Position numbers and translations under genes: made by a program
Shown: positions 57,418 through 64,000 of the stretch, one piece after another
Position numbering within the stretch: position 1 is the first letter of the stretch
How the letters are laid out: each line of letters starts with the position of its first letter
Assembly: GCA_026023565.1 (NCBI GenBank)
Contig: JAPETS010000001.1
Location: 1,426,001 to 1,490,000 of the forward strand
Direction of reading: 5' to 3'
DNA length: 64,000 nt
DNA from: Cirrosporium novae-zelandiae
Taxonomy: Eukaryota
The notes under the pieces: model-generated
The model's database searches: none
Seen by the model: only the letters and a program-made list of their open reading frames with translations
Told to the model about the DNA's origin: nothing

Positions 57418-60400
57418 TATAAAAATCACCCGTATCCCTAATATTATTTCTAATATATTGCAGCGGGCTATTCGCAGCCGTAGAATAGGCGGTTTTTAGA
57501 ATTAAAGCCCTATTATTCGTGGACGACGTGAATTTCTCGACCATTTATATAAATAATAAATAAACCCGGAAAACTATTTAATAAATAATGAAAACGGCGG
57601 TTCAATAAAAAAAAAAAATAAACTAAAATTCGATATTTAAAAAATTAAAATTATAGCGTTTTTTAGATTACGTAAATACTAAATTTAAATAAATACGAAA
57701 CCGAAAATTAGGATCGATAATTACCCGATCGAATATAAAAAAAATTACGTACGGTAATTAAATATATAGCTAAACCCGAAATTTAATTTTTAAATTTATT
57801 ACGCCCAGCGTCTAATTAAAATTAGACGCGCGGAAAACGTAATTAAATATATATATTACCGAAACGGGCTATTTACGGGATTTATATATTAAATAGCTGT
57901 AACGACTATAATATTAATCTATATATACGGGTACGAGATTTAATAGAAAAAACAGATCGGGTATTAAATAGAATTTTAAAAATTACTGAATAAATTTACA
58001 AAATTAATAACGGAAATCTATAAAATAATTTTAATAATAACGATTATATAAAAAATTTATATATATTCCGTAAACGTAATATTAAATACCGCGTAAAAAA
58101 AATATAAATTTCGATATTTTTAAAAAATCGAAAAAAAATTAATAAATTGAATATTATCGATAATATTTAAAATAAAAAATATAAATATTTAATTAAAAAA
58201 ATAATGATTAAAAAATTTTTAATAAATTTAAAAAATTAAAAAAAATATATTAAATTAATATTTAATTATAACGATAATTTAAAAAATAATAAATCCGAAT
58301 TTTAAAATCGAAAAAATCTAAATAATTAAAAAAAATAATAATATTTTTAAAATAATAAATTTTTAACGAAACGTTAATATAAAATTAAAAAAACGTATAT
58401 TAATTAAACGGATTTAAATTAAAAAACTATAAAATAAAAACGAAAATAATTCAAAAAATAATCGAAAAAATTTTATAAATAATACGGAAATATTATTTAA
58501 ATCAAAATAAAAAAATATTCGATATAAAATTTTAAAAAATATAAACGATATTATAAATAATAGCTAAAACGTATCCGAATAATTATAAAATTTTTAAAAA
58601 AAAATAATAATATTATTTAATTCGCAAACGGCTATTAAACAAATCGAAAAAAAAAAATTAAAAAAAAAATTAAACGATCGTATAAAAAATATACGAATAT
58701 ATTAAATAGTTAATAAATTAAATAAATTCTAAAATATTACGGGATATTAAAAAACGAAATAATAAATTAAATAATTAAAATAAATATAACGCTAAAAAAT
58801 AATAAAATAATTAAATAAATTTCGTTAATTTATATAGCCCGTAATATAATTAAAAAACGGATAATAAAAATATATAATTAATTACGTAATTAAAAAATAA
58901 AATAATCGCCTAATAAATTATATCGAATATATCCGAAATATAAAAAAAATTAGATATTAAAATATACGTTTAAAAAATTAATAAATAAATTTTATTGAAT
59001 AAAAACGGGGTACGCCACCACCAGGAAATATATATACCGCACGAAAATTATTATTATCCCAGAATATTAATAATATAGGATTTTATATTAAAACGTTCTT
59101 TATTTAATATTAATATACCCGCGCTAAAAAACAATTAAAACCCGGTTGCGGGAAATAATAGAAAAATAAAGGGGCCAATAGCCTAATATAGCCGAAAAGG
59201 AAAAACTAGTATTCGTATTAAAGAACCGAAAATTCTCTAAAAATTGGGTGCGTTTTTTAGGCGATACGGAGGTGGGGAAGCCCTAATACTGGGCCAGACA
59301 CGAAATAGAAAATCGTGAGGCGTACCTGGATTGGGGGTGGGTAGAACCCGGACACGGGGGGGAAAACGACCCAGAGGCAGGTATTGGGTAAGAGCTGGGC
59401 CCGTAGTAGATACGCGGGGTGAGCGCATACGTGAGCAAGGACGAAAAAAAAAAAATCGAAAATAAATACGAGTGGGCCTATTTATAGGTTACGAACACCG
59501 AAATAGCGCTAAAAGACTATCCGGTTAGATAAATCAGGTGATTCTAGGAAATCCAAAAAAGCGGGGAAACTATATAGCCGAACCAGGGGGGTAACCCCCA
59601 CCACCGTAATTAAAAGTAAGCCCGAAAAGGGATACAAAGGGGCCTAAAAACCCCCGAGTAGAGTCCGTTATAGCTTCTAAGCGATATATGGATATAAAAC
59701 AATGAATAATCATTATCATCAATATAAGAAAATAAATTAAAATACGATCAATTTTAGAATAATAATTAATTATCGGATATATAATTTTTTTTACGATAGC
59801 GCAAAAATATATAAAAAAATAAAAAACCTGAAATTTATTAATAAATAATTTTTGCGTATATAATTTTATTTTTTTATATATAAATTTATTAATATTAGAA
59901 ATTAATACTAGAATATTTTTATTAATACGCGGATAAATTATTATTAGTAATACAATAAATTTTAGAATTATAATCGAGATCGAAATAATAATAAAAATAG
60001 AACGTTTGAATGTTTTAAATATATATAGATTATATAACTATATTTGGTCCGTATTTACGGCTATTTTGTGTTTTATATCTATTAGTCTGATAATTCTGAA
60101 AAAAAACCTATATAAAAAAAAAAAAAATTAATATAATTAAATTTCAATATATATAATTCTCGAAATTATTTATAATATATAGATAATAATTATATTCGGA
60201 TTATTTTTTTTTATAAAAAATATTAAAACTGAATTAACGTCTGATTTATTTTGTTGTAATTCTCGAAATATATATAGATTATATAATTACGCGACTGATC
60301 CGTGCTCCCAGTTTTTATATATACCGTTTGCCGTAATCAACCAGACCCCCCCGGATAATTAATTTTTGAATTTTGAATTATTTTTTTTTTTTTTAATTTA

Positions 60401-60546
60401 ATTTAATATTTTTAATTTATTCTTTAATAAATATTTTTCAAATATTATTTTATTAGTAATATATAAAAATTATATTTTTTATTATTTTATAATATATTTT
60501 CTGGAAATCTTGACTAATAAAGATCGTGGTGAAAACCCGATCTAAT

Positions 60547-63500
60547 AAAAAACGTTTTTTGGTGACCCCGCGCTATTAAATCAATTCACTATTATAACGA
60601 CCGTTATACGAAATAATTAATTTTAATTTAAGATTTATAAAATCTAGCAATAATAAAAAAATATCGGAAATTAAAAAAATACGTACCGTCAGCGAGAATT
60701 AGACGGATACGAAAAAATAATAACGTCTAAAAAACGAATCGAATAAATTAAAATAAAATTTTATAATAAAATTTAGCGATTCGGTATTATAATTTTTATT
60801 CTAGAAAAAAAACGATTAAACGAAGAAACGTCGTCGAAAAATTTCACGAAAAAAAAAGATTTTAAAAAAAAACGGATTAATAACCGGGATATTTTAATTA
60901 AATAAACGGCTAAATATATAATAATATATATATTTCCTGTAATCGAAAAAAAAATATATTAAATTCTAAAAATCGACGATTTTACGATATAATTACGGGA
61001 AATATTTTTCGGTTTAAAAACCCGAATAATCGTTTTAAAAAAACGAAATAATAAAATTATAAAAATTTAAAAAAAAAACTAAAAAAAATTATACACGATT
61101 AAATAAAAATTTTTAATAATTAAAAAAATAATTATAATAATAATCTAAATATTATAAATCCAGATAAAAATTACAAAAATTATATATAATAAAATAAAAA
61201 ATTTTATAAATAAAAATTATATAATTTTAAAAATTAAATCCGAATAAATAATAAAAAAAAAATTATTTTTTCTAATAATATCCCTATTATACGTAAAAAC
61301 CGAAAAAATATCGTATTTAAAATAACCGTAAAAACCGATCTAATTAATTATTTTTATTTCGTAACGCTAAATATTAGCAGAATAAACGCAGGCGGGGGAA
61401 TAAAAAACCCGATCAGAATAATTAATATTTACGATCAAAAATTAAAAAATATATATTTCTAAAAATAAAACTAATAATAAAAATCTAAAAAAATTTTATA
61501 AAATATAAAATAAAAATCTATTTTTAATAAAAATAAAATAATATTCATAAAAAATTTTAATATTTATAATTTAATATAAAAACCCGAACGAATTATTTAT
61601 ATAAACGACGCGTTTTTAATAATATTTATAAAAAAATAGGGTTTAATTATATAAAACGATACCGCCCAGAATATTTAATTCGGAAAAAAATCGGTTCGTT
61701 ATTTAATAATTAATTTAATAATAATTAATTCCGTTATAAAACTATTTTAGAAATAATTAATAAATACGATAATCAATAATATAAATAATAAATTAAAAAT
61801 TAATTTAAATTATATCTTTATTTAATTCGAATAAAAAAATTAACGTTTAAAAATAAATTAATTAATCCCGAATTCGTAGAATCTAAAACCGCTGAAAAAC
61901 CTTTAATAATAAATTAAAATTAAATAAAAATAAAAATTCGAATTAATTACGAAAAATATATTAACCGTAAATTATACGGAATCGTAATTTAAAAAATAAA
62001 ATATAAAGAATTATTATTTAATTAAAAATTATTCTAAATAAATATATAAAATCTAAACGGATATATATTTAATCGAAAATTTGATAAAACGCCGAATATA
62101 TTATTAAAAAATACGAATATTATATAATATTTAAAAAAACGAAATAAAAATACAGAATTTACGGAAAAATTAAAATAATATTTAAAAAATTTATAAAATT
62201 AATTAAAATAAAAAAAAAAAAAAAATTAATTTTTTTTAAATATATATAAAAAAAAAACGATTTAAATAAATTTTAAAACCGAAACCCGATATTAGGGTTC
62301 CGTATAAAAAACGGGAGAATAATAATAGAAATTAAAAATAAAAAAATCTTTATATAAAAAGAATTTTTCCGTTATTTCTAAAAAATCCCGAATTTTAATT
62401 TTCGATAAAAAAATATTAGCCTAATAATTATCCGAAAAAACGATACGAAAAACGTTATATATACAAAATATAAATAAAATTTTAAAATATAACGGAATTT
62501 AATTTAAAACGTTCCGTATATTATAATAATAAAATTTTTATAAAATAATAAAAATAATCCGATATTATTTCCGATTAAAATATTATTCGACGTAATAAAA
62601 ATATATTTAAAAAATATTATTATTTAAATCCGAAAAAATCGATAAAATATTAATTAAAAATTATAAAATAATAAATTTATTATATTATTTAAATAAAATA
62701 ATTAAAAAAATTATAATTAACGTATTAATAAATATATACGAAAATCTAAATAGATTATATAAAAATTAATTTAGATCGAAATATAATCGAAACGTAATCG
62801 ATACGTTTACGTATTTAATATATGGAATAAAAAAAAATTTAATTAAAAATAAATAATTAATAATCGACGGAGAAATATAAGCCCGAATTAATACAGAAAC
62901 GGGGGTATTATAAAAATTACCCGTATTCTTAATATTATTTTTAATATATTGCAGCGGGCTATTCGCAGCCGTAAAATAAACGGTTTTTAAAATTAAAACC
63001 CTATTATTCGTAAACGACGTAAATTTCTCGACTATTTATATAAACGATAAATAAACCCGGAAAATTATTTAATAAATAATAAAAACGGCGGTCTAATAAA
63101 AAAAATTAAATTAAAATTCGATATTTAAAAAACTAAAATTATAATTTTTTTTTAAATTATATAAATATTAAATTTAAATAAATATTAAATCGAAAATTAA
63201 AATCGATAATTATTTAATTAAATATAAAAAAAATTACGTATAATAATTAAACGTATAATTAAATTAAAAATTTAATTTTTGAATTTTTATATTTAATAAT
63301 TAATTAAAATCCGACGTACGAAAAACGTAATTAAATATATATATTACCGAAACGGATTATTTATAGGATTTACGCGTTAAATAATCGTAATAATTATAAT
63401 ATTAATTTATATATACGGATATAAAATTTAATAGAAAAAATAAACCGGTTATTAAATAGAATTTTAAAAATTATTAAATAAATTAATTAAATTAATAACG

Positions 63501-64000
63501 GAAATTTATAAAATAATTCTAATAATAACGATTATATAGAAGATTTATATATATTCCGTAAATATAATATTAAATACCGCGTAAAAAAAATATAGATTTC
63601 GATATTTTTAAAAAATCGAAAATAATTCAACGAATTGAATATTATTAATAATATTTAAAATAAAAAATATAAATATTTAATTAAAAAAATAATCGTTAAA
63701 ATTTTTTTAATAAATTTAAAAAATTAAAAAAAATATATTGAATTAATATTTAATTATAACGATAATTTAAAAAATAATAAATTTAAATTTTAAAATCGAA
63801 AAAATTTAAATAATCGAAAAAGATAATAATATTTTTAAAATAATAGATTTTTAACGAAATATTAATATAAAATTAAAAAAACGTATATTAATCGCATAAA
63901 TTTAAATAAAAAAACCGTAAAATAAATATAAAAATAATTTAAAAAATAATCGAAAAGTTTTTATAAATAATATAAAAATATTATTTAAATTAAAATAAAA
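60547..64000 (+). mobile_element. Tad1-like LINE copy L: 5' end present, ~1.5 kb internal deletion, runs off the window
   Basis: 5' aaaaaacgttttttggtgaccccgcgc. The junction at 61284/61285 joins the equivalents of ~37980 and ~39513 in copy H. Confidence 0.9.

Larger units (their letters stand above)
50952..59720 (+). mobile_element. Full-length Tad1-like LINE copy J, interrupted by copy K
   Basis: RIPed 5' terminus aaaaacgttttttagtaatcc and tail aatgaataatcattatcatc. 12-bp TSD aatataagaaaa (50929-50940 and 59721-59732). Confidence 0.92.
1..64000. other. RIP-degraded, AT-rich transposon cluster (heterochromatin-like, no intact genes)
   Basis: Copies of the same repeat differ almost only by C->T/G->A transitions. 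For example gggggttaggagggggccaagcgatcgtacaggggg (45625) corresponds to aaaaaattaaaaaaaaattaaataatcgtataaaaa (~42572). Most surviving C/G bases lie in CpG, and the longest ORF in the track is 107 aa. Confidence 0.95.

Noticed and set aside
56940..59428. ORFs 56940..57140, 59237..59428, 6476..6709 and 34865..35053
   Set aside because: Antisense readings of the LINE ORF2 3' end, with no independent gene evidence.
60015..60320. Repeated atatatagattatataa motif (~60021 and ~60270)
   Set aside because: Two low-complexity copies with weak flanking similarity are not enough to call a repeat unit.
1..64000. CRISPR array, organellar genome or natively AT-rich coding genome
   Set aside because: No regular repeat-spacer units, rRNA, tRNA or organellar genes were seen. 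The AT richness is derived, as GC-rich versions of the same sequence occur within the window.

Overview
This window is a gene-free, extremely AT-rich eukaryotic transposon graveyard with the signature of Repeat-Induced Point mutation (RIP), so most likely filamentous-ascomycete heterochromatin. C->T and G->A transitions dominate, CpA/TpG is nearly eliminated and CpG is largely spared. Most of the window consists of about 15 nested copies or fragments, on both strands, of one ~6.35 kb Tad1-like LINE. The family has an ORF1 with three zinc knuckles, an ORF2 with APE, RT, RNase H and CCHC domains, an (ATC)n tail and 12-15 bp target-site duplications (TSDs). The window also holds two un-RIPed solo LTRs (253 bp and 151 bp, 5-bp TSDs) and a remnant LTR retroelement whose primer-binding site is complementary to its own LTR (Tf1-type self-priming). 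I found no intact protein-coding gene, RNA gene or CRISPR array, and I cannot support a claim of a wholly new biological system. The most interesting signals are mechanistic: the self-priming PBS, extra 5' sequence only on full-length LINE copies, a LINE inserted almost in register into its own RT motif, and RIP-escape patterns that let the ancestral element be partly read. All alignments were made by eye; boundaries without a TSD are approximate.
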